Source: Candidatus Fraserbacteria bacterium
GTDB lineage: Bacteria > Bipolaricaulota > Bipolaricaulia > RBG-16-55-9 > JAJCYT01
Assembly: GCA_029262795.1 (NCBI GenBank)
Contig: JAJCYT010000035.1
Span: 4,202 to 68,201 of the forward strand
Reading direction: 5' to 3'
Length of the DNA stretch: 64,000 bases
A model generated the notes under the pieces. The model did not search any database. It was not told the origin of the DNA and saw only the letters and a list, made by a program, of their open reading frames with translations. Below, piece after piece: positions 27,631-38,086 of this stretch (position 1 is its first letter; every line of letters starts with the position of its first letter). The position numbers were made by a program, and so were the translations under genes.

Positions 27631-28836
27631 ATGTTTCGTGCTTTGCGAGCAGTTATGGTTGTTTCTCTCATTGTCACAGTTAGTTTATTAAGTTTGGATA
27701 TAGGGCATGGTCGAATGCCAGAAATATGTATTGTTTTTGATGTTAGCGGTCGTGGTGACTTAGGTATCAATGATATGGCTGCTTTTGGTGGACAGAATGT
27801 TGCTATCGCGAACGGGCTCAATTTGATCGAAGTACAAAGTAATAGTGCAGCAAATTATGTGCCGAACTTAAATACCTTATCTCAAAGAGGGAGTTGTGTG
27901 CTCATTGCTGCTGTCGGCTTCCTTCTTACAGATGCAGTTATACAAGTGGCAGCTTCATTCCCTAATCAAAAATATGCAATTGTCGATGGAGTTGTCCCAA
28001 ACACTGATAATGTAATTTCTGTTGTATTCAGAGAAGAAGATGGCAGTGCTTTAGTCGGCGCTTTAGCTGCTTTGGTCAACAAACGATTTGTTTCAGGTGG
28101 CTCAGCTGGAGGTGTGGGCATCGTCCTAGGAATTGAAATTCCTGTGCTTTGGAAGATTGAATGCGGCTTCAAAGCTGGTGTTCGTTGGGTGGACAATGGC
28201 CAAGATAATAGTGTATTCGACCTTGGCAATACCCCTGGTAATAAATCTACGCCAATCCCCTTTGTTTATACGGGATCTTTTTCTGATCCAGCATTAGGCC
28301 ATTCTGCAGCAGAAGCACAATTGGCTCAGGGGGTTCAGGTCATTTACAACGCGGCTGGAGGTACAGGGCTCGGCATGATCGCGGCAGTCGCTAATGCAGG
28401 ACGTGCTCTTGGCCATGAAGCAGGCCCTCCCTTTGCCATCGGTGCGGAATCCGATCAGGACTATTTGGAAGGTGGTGGCTTTGTCCTTGCCAGCATGATG
28501 AAACGCGTGGATAGAGGGATCGAAATGGTTGTGCAATCTGTCGTTGAGGGAAATTTTCAGGGAGGACTCATTTCACTAGGCCTATCTGAAAGTGGTATTT
28601 CAATAAGCACTGAAGGTGATTTCGATACTTTTGTTCAAATTGGCATTAATGCTGGCTTTATTACTCGAGGCGTAGTCAATGCCAATTTTGCTCGCTTTTT
28701 GGAACAACGCTCTTTGTTCGTCGATGAGTTCGAAACAATTTCAACACTTCAGGACTTGATCGAAGATGGCATCATTTCTGTACCATCCGCTTTGGATCAG
28801 GAGACCATAGATACTTGTCGCGCAGCATACGATTGA
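27631..28836 (+). CDS. BMP family (nucleoside-type) ABC substrate-binding protein
   Basis: GRGDLGIND, VFREEDGSALVG, GSFSDP, AAGGTGLG, DQDYL, SMMKRVD. Confidence 0.9.
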   Translation: MFRALRAVMVVSLIVTVSLLSLDIGHGRMPEICIVFDVSGRGDLGINDMAAFGGQNVAIANGLNLIEVQSNSAANYVPNLNTLSQRGSCVLIAAVGFLLTDAVIQVAASFPNQKYAIVDGVVPNTDNVISVVFREEDGSALVGALAALVNKRFVSGGSAGGVGIVLGIEIPVLWKIECGFKAGVRWVDNGQDNSVFDLGNTPGNKSTPIPFVYTGSFSDPALGHSAAEAQLAQGVQVIYNAAGGTGLGMIAAVANAGRALGHEAGPPFAIGAESDQDYLEGGGFVLASMMKRVDRGIEMVVQSVVEGNFQGGLISLGLSESGISISTEGDFDTFVQIGINAGFITRGVVNANFARFLEQRSLFVDEFETISTLQDLIEDGIISVPSALDQETIDTCRAAYD

Positions 28837-28842
28837 AAAAAT

Positions 28843-28904
28843 AAACCTTAAAAGAATGGGCGCCTGAAAATTACAATTTAGAGAACCTCATTCTTTTAAG
28901 GTTT
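28843..28904. terminator. Long inverted repeat after the BMP gene
   Basis: aaaccttaaaagaatg ... cattcttttaaggttt. Confidence 0.55.
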
Positions 28905-28968
28905 GAATTATGGTGTTTTCCTCTTTTGAAGCTTTTTTACTAAATATTTACAATTTCTTGAAATTGAA

Positions 28969-29026
28969 TTGACAAAAAATCTGATTCGGTTTATATTCTA
29001 TTTACACGTGTCACTTACACGTGTAA
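28969..29026 (+). promoter_or_regulatory. Promoter with tandem palindromic LacI-type operators
   Basis: TTGACA-17-TATATT, then TTACACGTGTCA (29002-29013) and TTACACGTGTAA (29015-29026). Confidence 0.75.
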
Positions 29027-29050
29027 ATAGAATGATGGTAAGGTTCACTT

Positions 29051-30082
29051 TTGAATAAGCGCAGGGTGACCAGTCATGATGTTGCAAAAATGGCAGGGGT
29101 GTCTCGAGCCACTGTTTCGTATGTTTTGAATAATGTCAAAACGGTTAACATCAGTGATAAAACAAGCGATTTGGTCCGATCAGCCGCCAGAGATTTAGGG
29201 TATGTGCCAGATGCGGCTGCGCAGGCATTGGTCAAAAGAAGAACTGAAATTGTGGGGTTGGTGTTGTCTCATGCGTACCATCAGCACCTTGCTTCAAATG
29301 TATTTTTGCCACAATTCATTGATGGATTAATGGACATTGTTCAGCAACATCGTTTGCGTCTTCTAATTGACACGGTTGCAGAGCAAACTGAGAAAGATGC
29401 TTATATGAATCTCGCTCGCTCCAAACAAATCGACGGCATGATTTTCTTCAATCCTCGCCTTGATGATGCTGAGTTTCAGGCATTGGTAGAAGATGCAATG
29501 CCCTCTGTGGTTGTGGGGCACGTACCAAATGTCGATATTAGTTGTGTGGATGTTGATAACGCTGTGGGCGCTTACAAGGGCGTCAAGCATTTGTTGGAAT
29601 TAGGGCATCGACGTATTGGATTCATCGCCAATGCGCCCGATTCATTTGCTAGTGCAGTTGAACGTCTTCAAGGCTATCAAGAAGCTTTGAAAGAATATGA
29701 CATTGAGCTTGACGGAAACTTAATAGGATACGCGAAATTTAGCTCCCAAAGTGGCTATGATGCCATGAATCATCTATTAAAAACCTGTAAGGATGCCACG
29801 GCATTTTTTATTGCAAGTGATGAAGTGGCCTTCGGTGCGATGGCAGCACTTCGGGATGCTGACCTGAGTATTCCTGATGATGTTTCTGTTGTGGGCTTCG
29901 ATGACGTTCCCACTGCCGCTTACTTTAATCCACCTTTGACTACTATTCACATTCCGCCTTTTGAAATGGGACAGAATGCAGGCACATTATTAATTGACTT
30001 GTTGGCTGGACGAACGGTGCCGGGGTCTGAAGTTATTTTGGACACAACCCTAATTAAACGAAATTCAACACGCGCAATATAA
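29051..30082 (+). CDS. LacI family transcriptional regulator
   Basis: VTSHDVAKMAGVSRATVSYVLN HTH; IPDDVSVVGFDD, PPLTTI. Confidence 0.95.
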   Translation: MNKRRVTSHDVAKMAGVSRATVSYVLNNVKTVNISDKTSDLVRSAARDLGYVPDAAAQALVKRRTEIVGLVLSHAYHQHLASNVFLPQFIDGLMDIVQQHRLRLLIDTVAEQTEKDAYMNLARSKQIDGMIFFNPRLDDAEFQALVEDAMPSVVVGHVPNVDISCVDVDNAVGAYKGVKHLLELGHRRIGFIANAPDSFASAVERLQGYQEALKEYDIELDGNLIGYAKFSSQSGYDAMNHLLKTCKDATAFFIASDEVAFGAMAALRDADLSIPDDVSVVGFDDVPTAAYFNPPLTTIHIPPFEMGQNAGTLLIDLLAGRTVPGSEVILDTTLIKRNSTRAI

Positions 30083-30253
30083 AACACCATTGATTTAAAT
30101 CATGAAGTTAATTGAGACAATTCATTGAATTTAGAAATAAGACAAAACAACATTTGTAAGGAGGTGGACACAAAGTTAATGGGATGTGGAAACCCTAAAT
30201 TATTGTTATTCCTGGGCAAACGCCCACATTAAAATTTTCAAGGAGGAAGTTTT

Positions 30254-31600
30254 ATGTTACATCGTACCAAATTTATTTTGGGATTCAGTCTTGTACTGCT
30301 GACCCTTTTTAGTCTGACATCATCAGCTTTCCAGGGACAAACGATTGTCTTTGTCACCAGCTTTGAAGGTGGTGAATTGGCTGATTTCCGTCGCGTGGTT
30401 CGCGCATTTGAAGATCAAAGTACCCTGGGCACACGTGTTGAAGTCGAAGCCGTTGGCCGTGACTTAAACACCATTATTTCCACCCGTGTGGCTGCGGGCA
30501 ACCCCCCTGATTTAACCAACTTCCCATTCCCAGGCGTGGTGGCTGAATTTGCACGCAGTGGCGATTTGGTTGGCATTGGCGGCATGTTGAGCCAGGAATC
30601 TCTGGCACAGCAGCCTGGTGGTTTCCTTGAGTTGGGCACGGTGGATGGCACGTTGTATGCCGTCACACCGATTGCCAGTTTGAAGAGCTTGGTCTGGTAT
30701 CACGTCCCCACCTTTACCGCTGGTGGCTATGCCATTCCAAACAGCCTGGCTGAACTCAGAGCACTGACCGAGCAAATGTCTGCCGACGGCCTCACCCCTT
30801 GGTGTGTGGGCGTTGAAAGTGGCGCAGCCAGCGGTTGGGTCGGCACCGACTGGATGGAAGATTTGGCTCTTCGTTTACATGGAGCCGAATTTTACGATGG
30901 TTGGGTGGCCCATGACATTGCCTGGACCGATGCCCGCGTGAAACAGTTGTTTGAAGAATTCCTGTTCTTCGCCAGCGACGACTTTGCTTTTGGCGGCCGT
31001 GTGAATGTACTGGCCACCAGCTTTGGCGATGCTGTGGACGGTTTGTTTGATAGCTCTTGTGTCATGCATCGTCAGGCAACCTTTATCCGTGACTTCATCC
31101 AGAACCAAAACGAAGGCGTGGTGGCAGGCGCGGACTTTGACGTGTTCACATTCCCAGCCGGCCCTGCCCAAAACGGTGGTGCTGCCCCTGCATTGGGTGG
31201 TGGCGACTTGTTTGTGGCTTTCACCAACAACGCCGAAGTTGCTGAGTTTATCGACTACATCGCTGGTGCAGAAGCACAGCGCTTGTGGGCCTTGTTGAAT
31301 CCAGGTCGTATTGCCACCAACAACTCACTGGATGGCAGCATCTATGTGGGTGCTGATGGCAACCCTGACAGCATTACGGCCAATGCTGCTGCTGGTTTGA
31401 CCAACGCTGAGTTGTTCCGCTTTGACGGTTCCGACTTGATGCCTGGTGCTGTGGGTGCCGGTTCCTTCTGGACCGCCGTGCTCGACGCACTTGAAGGCAG
31501 CAAAGACTTGGACCAGATTTTGTGTGAAGTGGAAGCCTCTGCTGACGCTGCTTACAGCTCTGGTGCTGCAACCGGCCCTGCCGGCAATGAAGGCTGTTAA
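30254..31600 (+). CDS. Sugar ABC substrate-binding protein (AglE-like, alpha-glucoside)
   Basis: Signal peptide; AGNPPD, KSLVWY, WCVGVESGAASGWVGTDWMED, RFDGSDLMPGAVG. Confidence 0.88.
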   Translation: MLHRTKFILGFSLVLLTLFSLTSSAFQGQTIVFVTSFEGGELADFRRVVRAFEDQSTLGTRVEVEAVGRDLNTIISTRVAAGNPPDLTNFPFPGVVAEFARSGDLVGIGGMLSQESLAQQPGGFLELGTVDGTLYAVTPIASLKSLVWYHVPTFTAGGYAIPNSLAELRALTEQMSADGLTPWCVGVESGAASGWVGTDWMEDLALRLHGAEFYDGWVAHDIAWTDARVKQLFEEFLFFASDDFAFGGRVNVLATSFGDAVDGLFDSSCVMHRQATFIRDFIQNQNEGVVAGADFDVFTFPAGPAQNGGAAPALGGGDLFVAFTNNAEVAEFIDYIAGAEAQRLWALLNPGRIATNNSLDGSIYVGADGNPDSITANAAAGLTNAELFRFDGSDLMPGAVGAGSFWTAVLDALEGSKDLDQILCEVEASADAAYSSGAATGPAGNEGC

Positions 31601-31620
31601 AGCTAAACTTTAGATGTTTT

Positions 31621-31653
31621 AAGGGCGAGGCCGCTATGGCCTCGCCCTTTTTT
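31621..31653 (+). terminator. Intra-operon stem-loop/terminator after the SBP gene
   Basis: aagggcgaggcc-gctat-ggcctcgccctt followed by T-run. Confidence 0.8.
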
Positions 31654-31696
31654 CTAAGATTCTGATATTGATTCCGTGTTGCAGGAAGGTTGACAG

Positions 31697-32782
31697 ATGC
31701 AGCAAAAATGGTATGTGCCCTGGCTTTACATTTTGCCTACTGTTTTGATTTTGGGTTTGTTTTTGGTGTATCCCACAATCGAAACCATTTGGGTCAGCTT
31801 TCATGACAACTATTACATTAATGCTGAAAATTCGAATAACCCAAACGCTTCCATAAAAACCTTTGTGGGTTTTGACAATTATGTCGAAGCTCTAACAGAT
31901 TCTTCAATGACAGTTGCATTTAAAAACAACGCCATGTGGCTGGTTTTGATGACCACATTTTCGGTCGGGCTTGGGCTGATTTTAGCCGTGCTGCTTGACC
32001 GTGTTAAATATGAAGTCATTGCCAAATCCATCATCTTTCTACCCATGGCGATTTCGTTCACTGCGGCGTCGATCATTTGGCGCTTTATCTATGCGTATCG
32101 GCCGCCCAGCCGACCTCAAATTGGCTTGCTTAATGGGTTCTTGGAAGCCCTTAGCAACATTGCCAATGATCCGATTGCCAGCCAAATTCTTGTAGGGGCA
32201 TCTATCGTTTTTGGCGGCGTTGCATTGGTGTTATTGCTCTTTGGAATCAAAGATCGTCGCTATTTTGGGCCATTTTTTGCCAGTCTGATCGTCGCATTAA
32301 TGGCACAGTTTATCTTGGCTCAGGGTGGAACATTCGTTCCACAATTATGGTTGTCTAAACAGCCCTGGATCAACAACATAGCACTCATCATTGCTGGGAC
32401 TTGGGTATGGACCGGCTTTTGCATGGTCATTCTATCTGCAGCCTACAAGGGGATTCCGGCTGAATTGATGGAGGCTGCACGAATTGATGGTGCCACAGAA
32501 TGGCAAGTGTTCTGGAAAATCACCATTCCATTCATGCTTTCCACCATCGCGGTGGTGACCACCACCATCGTTATTTTTGTCTTGAAGACGTTTGACATTG
32601 TCTATGTGATGACAGGGGGCAACTTTGGCACCGAAGTGCTGGCCAACACGATGATCAAGACGATGTATGATTTTCGAGATTTTGAAAAAGCCAGTGCCAT
32701 TGCCGTGATTTTATTGGTTTTGATTATTCCGTTTATTGTGATCAACATTCGGCGTTTCCGTGCCCAGGAGGCTATGCGATGA
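31697..32782 (+). CDS. Sugar ABC permease (AglF-like)
   Basis: FVGFDNY; EAA motif EAARIDGA; FDIVYVMTGG. Confidence 0.92.
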   Translation: MQQKWYVPWLYILPTVLILGLFLVYPTIETIWVSFHDNYYINAENSNNPNASIKTFVGFDNYVEALTDSSMTVAFKNNAMWLVLMTTFSVGLGLILAVLLDRVKYEVIAKSIIFLPMAISFTAASIIWRFIYAYRPPSRPQIGLLNGFLEALSNIANDPIASQILVGASIVFGGVALVLLLFGIKDRRYFGPFFASLIVALMAQFILAQGGTFVPQLWLSKQPWINNIALIIAGTWVWTGFCMVILSAAYKGIPAELMEAARIDGATEWQVFWKITIPFMLSTIAVVTTTIVIFVLKTFDIVYVMTGGNFGTEVLANTMIKTMYDFRDFEKASAIAVILLVLIIPFIVINIRRFRAQEAMR

Positions 32783-34062
32783 AGTGGCGCAAAATATTTT
32801 CTAGAATACCAGTTCACCTAATCGTTATTTTGGCATGCATCCTGTGGTTGCTGCCTACCATTGGCATTTTTGTCACGTCTTTCAGGGAGCGTAGCGAAAT
32901 TCTAGATGGTGGGTGGTGGTCGGTGTTTTCCACTTACAAATCTAAAGATGAAGTGATCGAAATCTATCGCTCTAATTGGGTGCCAAGCGAACTAGATCGC
33001 TTGTTGAAAGAAAATGTCCTACTCGATGCGCCTTTCTTTGACATACCTGCTGAAGCGCTGGCTGACCAAGTAAGAGTCTCGTTCCTAGACAATTTTGGGT
33101 CTAACGTGAAATCCGGGGTGACACAGGAAGAATTGAGTGCATTGGTGATTGAGTTTATCGATCGCTTAGACTTCGAACGAGTACTTTCTGATTTAAATCG
33201 CCTTGATCCGCGCGACCGTAGCCAAGATGAAATGGCCGGTCTGGTACAACGAACGTTTGAATTTGATATCGAAGATTATGTACAGAATTTCGATACGATG
33301 GTCCAGGCCCCTGAACTCACTGATTTTGATGTTGCATTGAGGGTGGCGGCCAGTCCGTTTACCATCAACAACTACGATGATGTGCTGAAAAATGCCAATA
33401 TGGGGCGTTCTTTTTTAAATAGTCTAACCATTTCGATTCCTGGCACCCTTATACCTATTTTGTTTGCTTCGTTTGCTGCCTATGCCTTTGCCTGGATGAA
33501 GTTTCGTGGTCGTACCTTCTTATTAATGGTGGTGATTGGGCTGATTGTGGTGCCTTTACAGATTACGTTCATTCCAGCCCTTCGCTTTTTTGTGGGGGCT
33601 GGTGTCATCAATAACTCGTTCTTTGGCATTGATGGACGTTTTGTTGTGTTGTGGCTGGCTCACACAGGTTATGGGTTACCTTTGTTGGTCTATATGATGA
33701 GAAACTTTATTGGTGGTTTGCCAAAAGAATTATTTGAATCTGCCTTTATCGATGGTGCTTCTCACACCACTGCGTTTTTTCGTTTGGTTTTACCCCTATC
33801 GATTCCAGTGATTGCCTCTATGTCCATCTTTCAATTCCTATGGGTGTGGAACGATTTATTGGTGGCGCTTATTTATGTGGGTGGTTCCAATGCCACTTCA
33901 CCTGTCACACTCACCATTGCCAATATGATTGGCTCTCGTGGCGAAGATTGGCACTTGTTAACTGCAGCGGCGTTTATATCCATGTTTGTGCCACTGGTGG
34001 TGTTCCTATCTTTACAACGCTTCTTTGTTCGTGGGATTCTTGCGGGATCTGTGAAGGGATAA
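32779..34062 (+). CDS. Sugar ABC permease (AglG-like) with large extracytoplasmic insertion
   Basis: AAYAFAW, ESAFIDGA, WNDLL, GSVKG. Confidence 0.9.
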   Translation: MKWRKIFSRIPVHLIVILACILWLLPTIGIFVTSFRERSEILDGGWWSVFSTYKSKDEVIEIYRSNWVPSELDRLLKENVLLDAPFFDIPAEALADQVRVSFLDNFGSNVKSGVTQEELSALVIEFIDRLDFERVLSDLNRLDPRDRSQDEMAGLVQRTFEFDIEDYVQNFDTMVQAPELTDFDVALRVAASPFTINNYDDVLKNANMGRSFLNSLTISIPGTLIPILFASFAAYAFAWMKFRGRTFLLMVVIGLIVVPLQITFIPALRFFVGAGVINNSFFGIDGRFVVLWLAHTGYGLPLLVYMMRNFIGGLPKELFESAFIDGASHTTAFFRLVLPLSIPVIASMSIFQFLWVWNDLLVALIYVGGSNATSPVTLTIANMIGSRGEDWHLLTAAAFISMFVPLVVFLSLQRFFVRGILAGSVKG

Positions 34063-34136
34063 CACCTATCACAACAGGACACAACTATGGAAGAGAATCA
34101 TCTTGACATTTTGTTTAGCGATACTTCAAAAATAAG

Positions 34137-35747
34137 TTACCCAAGTTCGATGAGCAGGCCTTCATGAGGTCTTAATGTAATATCAGCCAAATCCACATTG
34201 TGATCTTTATTAAGGTGTGTGGACAACAGCAAATGTCCTGTTCCCAATGATTCGAGATGAAGATTTTGTTGTTCATCAGAAAAGCTCAATAGTACCAATA
34301 TTCTCTGATTTTCTGTTTCTCGAAGATAAGCAAAGCAATCTTCAGGAACATTTCCAACCGTTTGATAGCTGCCCCACTGCAAGGCAGAGGCAGTCTTGCG
34401 AAAAGCCAGCAAACGCTGATAGAGGCGTAACATGGAAGCAGGTTCACTCACCTGGTCATTGACATGCACATCATTAGATATGGGCAACCAGGGCGTGACG
34501 CTTTCTTCGGTGAACCCTGCATTTGGGCCGGCATCCCATTGCATTGGCGTGCGACATCCGTCGCGGCCTGCTTCTTCAAGGTTTTGGCCCCAAGGGTCTA
34601 GTGATTGCGCGAATTCGGCACTTGGCATGCCAATTTCATCACCATAATAGAGCGTCGGTGTGCCACGCAATGTCAGCAACAGCATTGCTGCCACACGGGC
34701 TTGAGCTTTTCCATAGCGGCTGACGATGCGGTTTTCGTCATGATTGCCGAGTACATAATTGGGCCATGCACCTTCGGGTAGAACATTTTCTAGAGACTCA
34801 ACAACATCACGAATGGCATAAGCTTTCCAAGGTTTTGTTAATGTCAGGAAATTAAATGGCATATGCAATTCATCAAGGTTATCACCATAATAAGACGCCC
34901 ATTTTTCCAAGTTGAATTCATGAATTTCAGCCACACACATGCGTTCGGAGGTTTGGCTGTATTCATTCAGCAACCTGCGAATTTTCCTGAAAGCTTCATG
35001 AATATCCTCATGCCCAATGTCATGAATGTGGTCTTGAGAGGTGTATTCACCCATTGGACGATGCATGGGTTTGTTCTCAATCGGATTGTCTCGAAAATCA
35101 GGGTCTTTCATAATAAAGTGAGCCACATCAATTCGAAAACCATCGATCCCGCGATCCAGCCAAAAGCGCATGGCATCGAACATAGCAGCTTCTACTTCGG
35201 GGTTGCGCCAATTGAGGTCTGGCTGTTCTTTTAAAAACGAATGCAGATAATATTGACCTGTTTCTTCTTCCCAAGTCCAGGCTGGGCCACCAAATACGCT
35301 GAGCCAATTATTGGGCACACTGCCATCAGGTTTAGCATCTTTCCATATATACCAATCTCGCTTGGGGTTATCTTTAGAAGACCGAGATTCGATAAACCAG
35401 GGATGTTGATCTGATGAATGGTTAGGCACAAAATCAATAATAAGCTTTAACCCGCGTTGATGGGATGCTTGCACCAGGCGATCAAAGTCGGCCAATGTGC
35501 CAAACAAGGGATCAACGTTTGTAAAATCAGCCACATCATAGCCAAAATCAACTTGGGGTGATGGATAAAATGGAGACAGCCAAAGGCAGTCTACGCCCAA
35601 TGTCTCACTAAGATAATCAAGCTTTTCAATGATGCCATTGAGGTCTCCCACGCCGTTGTTTGTGGTGTCTTTAAAACTGCGCGGATAAATCTGATAAATA
35701 ACACCGGTTTGCCACCATAAATAATTTACTTTCACTTGTTCAAGCAT
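34137..35747 (-). CDS. GH13 alpha-glucosidase
   Basis: YQIYPRSF, DFVPNHSS, QPDLNW, GFRIDV, GNHD, RDGCRTPMQW. Confidence 0.95.
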   Translation of the reverse strand: MLEQVKVNYLWWQTGVIYQIYPRSFKDTTNNGVGDLNGIIEKLDYLSETLGVDCLWLSPFYPSPQVDFGYDVADFTNVDPLFGTLADFDRLVQASHQRGLKLIIDFVPNHSSDQHPWFIESRSSKDNPKRDWYIWKDAKPDGSVPNNWLSVFGGPAWTWEEETGQYYLHSFLKEQPDLNWRNPEVEAAMFDAMRFWLDRGIDGFRIDVAHFIMKDPDFRDNPIENKPMHRPMGEYTSQDHIHDIGHEDIHEAFRKIRRLLNEYSQTSERMCVAEIHEFNLEKWASYYGDNLDELHMPFNFLTLTKPWKAYAIRDVVESLENVLPEGAWPNYVLGNHDENRIVSRYGKAQARVAAMLLLTLRGTPTLYYGDEIGMPSAEFAQSLDPWGQNLEEAGRDGCRTPMQWDAGPNAGFTEESVTPWLPISNDVHVNDQVSEPASMLRLYQRLLAFRKTASALQWGSYQTVGNVPEDCFAYLRETENQRILVLLSFSDEQQNLHLESLGTGHLLLSTHLNKDHNVDLADITLRPHEGLLIELG

Positions 35748-35950
35748 AAGACCCCTTACACCTCATAAGCCATTATGAAGATGAAACTATATCATAATTA
35801 AGTCTGCGTAGAAAGTCTATAATTTTTGGGTGATGAGTTAAGAGTAATAAGCCAGCTGATAATTGACTCTTTCTACAAAACAACCAATTAGAATAATGAA
35901 CCTAATCATGGTGAGATCATCTTCTTTATTGAAGTTTGGGGAAGAAGGAT

Positions 35951-37375
35951 TTAGGCACAAGAATCCTGAGAGATTGTCACGCCATTTTCTTCCAGTTTTG
36001 GAATAATTTCTTCACAAGCTTCAGCGCTGAGTGGATTTCCACTCAGGTCTACGGCACCACCTGCATCAAGGCCGGAAGAGCCTTCGTTGTTACTGAGGCC
36101 AATAAGAACACTGATGTCTGAAATATTATTCAGTGAGAGGTCCAGTGTTCTCAAATTGAACAACCCTCCCAATGGGGCAAGGTCACTGATTTGGTTGTCG
36201 CGTAAATTCAACACCTGCAAGTTGTGCAGTTGACTCAATGGGCTGATGTCTTCAATTTGATTGACACTTAAGTCTAGAAATCTTACTTCGGTGAGGTTTG
36301 CCAGCGCGCTGATATTGTCGACTTGGTTGGCAGATACATTTAAACGTTGTAAATTTGTCAGGTTCATTAAAGGACCGAGGTCACTAATATCGTTAAGATT
36401 TAGCGCCAGGTTCTGAAGATTGACCAGGCCAGACAAAGGTTCTATGGTATCGACTTGATTGGAGTCCAGGACCAGTGTTTGTAATCCAACAAGATGAACA
36501 AGGGGTGACAAATCATTGACTAGGTTGGCATTGAGGTTCAATCCCAGCAGAGCGGTTAAACTGGTTAATGGCTGAAGGTCACTGACTCTGTTGGAGCTCA
36601 GGACCAATGTTTGCAGGCTCGTCAAATTCTCCAAGGAGCTTATATCTTCAATTTGATTGCCACTGAACAACATCGTTTGCAGATTCGACAGGCTGGACAA
36701 TGGCGACAGGTCGGTCACATTATTAGAGGTCAGGTCCAAGCTGCGGAGATGGTTCAGGCCTGCAAGCGGTGTCAAATCATTGATGTCATTTGACACCAGG
36801 CTTAAGTCTTCCAAATTGGCCAACGTAGATAGAGATTGAAGGTTATCGATATTGTTAAAACTCAGAACCAGTGTGGTTAATTGGGTCAGACTAGATAGAT
36901 CTGATAGATTGTCGATGTCATTGTCGCTGAGTAGCAGTCGTTCCAATCCTGTTAAGGCGTTCAAGGGAGCAAGATTGCTTATGTTGTTCCCTGTTAGGAT
37001 CAGGTTGACTAATGCATCAAGTTCGGCCAAGGGGCTGATATCCTCAATGCTGTTGTTGCTCAAGCTTAAACTTTGAAGGGCAGTTAGCGCTTCGATGCCC
37101 TCAATATTGCTGATCTGACGGAAATCTGCTGTCAGGAAAGAGAGGTTCTCCACGTCGCAGGTGTTTAGAGCGCCTGATGTTTTGTTGATGGCTGCTCGAA
37201 TGGCATCTTCTAATTTAGGATCAACAAATACAATCGGCGTGCAATTACCTTGCGTGATTGACGCCAAAGCGTTTGGGCTGAAGATGAGCAAACCCACCAA
37301 AACGACCGCGATAACTTTTAAAGCTTGAATCCCCGTCACAAGTTGTTTCACTAAAACCTCCAAAGCAAGCGCCAT
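35951..37375 (-). CDS. Secreted internalin-like leucine-rich repeat protein
   Basis: Signal peptide; FVDPKLE cap; 16 consecutive 22-aa LxxLxLxxNxIxDLxPL repeats. Confidence 0.92.
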   Translation of the reverse strand: MALALEVLVKQLVTGIQALKVIAVVLVGLLIFSPNALASITQGNCTPIVFVDPKLEDAIRAAINKTSGALNTCDVENLSFLTADFRQISNIEGIEALTALQSLSLSNNSIEDISPLAELDALVNLILTGNNISNLAPLNALTGLERLLLSDNDIDNLSDLSSLTQLTTLVLSFNNIDNLQSLSTLANLEDLSLVSNDINDLTPLAGLNHLRSLDLTSNNVTDLSPLSSLSNLQTMLFSGNQIEDISSLENLTSLQTLVLSSNRVSDLQPLTSLTALLGLNLNANLVNDLSPLVHLVGLQTLVLDSNQVDTIEPLSGLVNLQNLALNLNDISDLGPLMNLTNLQRLNVSANQVDNISALANLTEVRFLDLSVNQIEDISPLSQLHNLQVLNLRDNQISDLAPLGGLFNLRTLDLSLNNISDISVLIGLSNNEGSSGLDAGGAVDLSGNPLSAEACEEIIPKLEENGVTISQDSCA

Positions 37376-37535
37376 TCACTTAACCAATTTTAGCGAAAAA
37401 ATCAAGAGCTTGTGTCATGGAACGGACCAATATAAAATATGATTTGGCAAATCTCATGCTGAATAATGGCGTCAAAATGAAAATCAGTTTTTCTGATCCT
37501 GCCGAGATGGGATTAACATTTTATGGGAGAGATGT

Positions 37536-38084
37536 ATGAATCAACCGCCAATCTTGGAAACGGAACGCCTCATCCTCAGGCCGCAAACGATGGAGGATGT
37601 GGATGATATCGTCAAGCTGGCGGGCGATATCGCCATTATAAAAACCACGCTCAATATCCCATATCCCTACGAAAAGGAGGATGCGATTGCCTGGTTGTCC
37701 ACCCTCAAGGAAAGTTGGGAGAAGCAGGAAAGCCTAAACCTGGCCATAACTCAAAAAAAAGACAATGCTTATACCGGTGGGATTGGACTTAATTTATATC
37801 TCCGCCATGATAAAGCCGCCCTAGGTTATTGGGTGGCGAAACCCTATTGGGGCAAAGGGTATGCCACTGAAGCTGCGCATGCCTTAATCCAATTTGGCTT
37901 CACCGAGCTGAATCTCAACCGCATCGAAGCTGATTACTTTTCGAACAACCCCGCCTCAGGCCGCGTGATGCAAAAACTCGGCATGACCCATGAAGGCTTT
38001 GCCAAACAAACTTACAAAAAATCTGGCGAATACATTGATACAGAGCGTTATGCTATTTTGAAAAGCGATTTTCAGAGCAGATGA
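37536..38084 (+). CDS. RimJ/RimL-type GNAT acetyltransferase
   Basis: LETERLILR, YWGKGYATEA, NPASGRVMQKLG. Confidence 0.9.
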   Translation: MNQPPILETERLILRPQTMEDVDDIVKLAGDIAIIKTTLNIPYPYEKEDAIAWLSTLKESWEKQESLNLAITQKKDNAYTGGIGLNLYLRHDKAALGYWVAKPYWGKGYATEAAHALIQFGFTELNLNRIEADYFSNNPASGRVMQKLGMTHEGFAKQTYKKSGEYIDTERYAILKSDFQSR

Positions 38085-38086
38085 AT

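Noticed and set aside
30254-34062. Missing ATPase gene in the sugar ABC cluster
   Set aside because: CUT1 transporters commonly share an MsmX/MalK-type ATPase encoded elsewhere, so this is not unusual.
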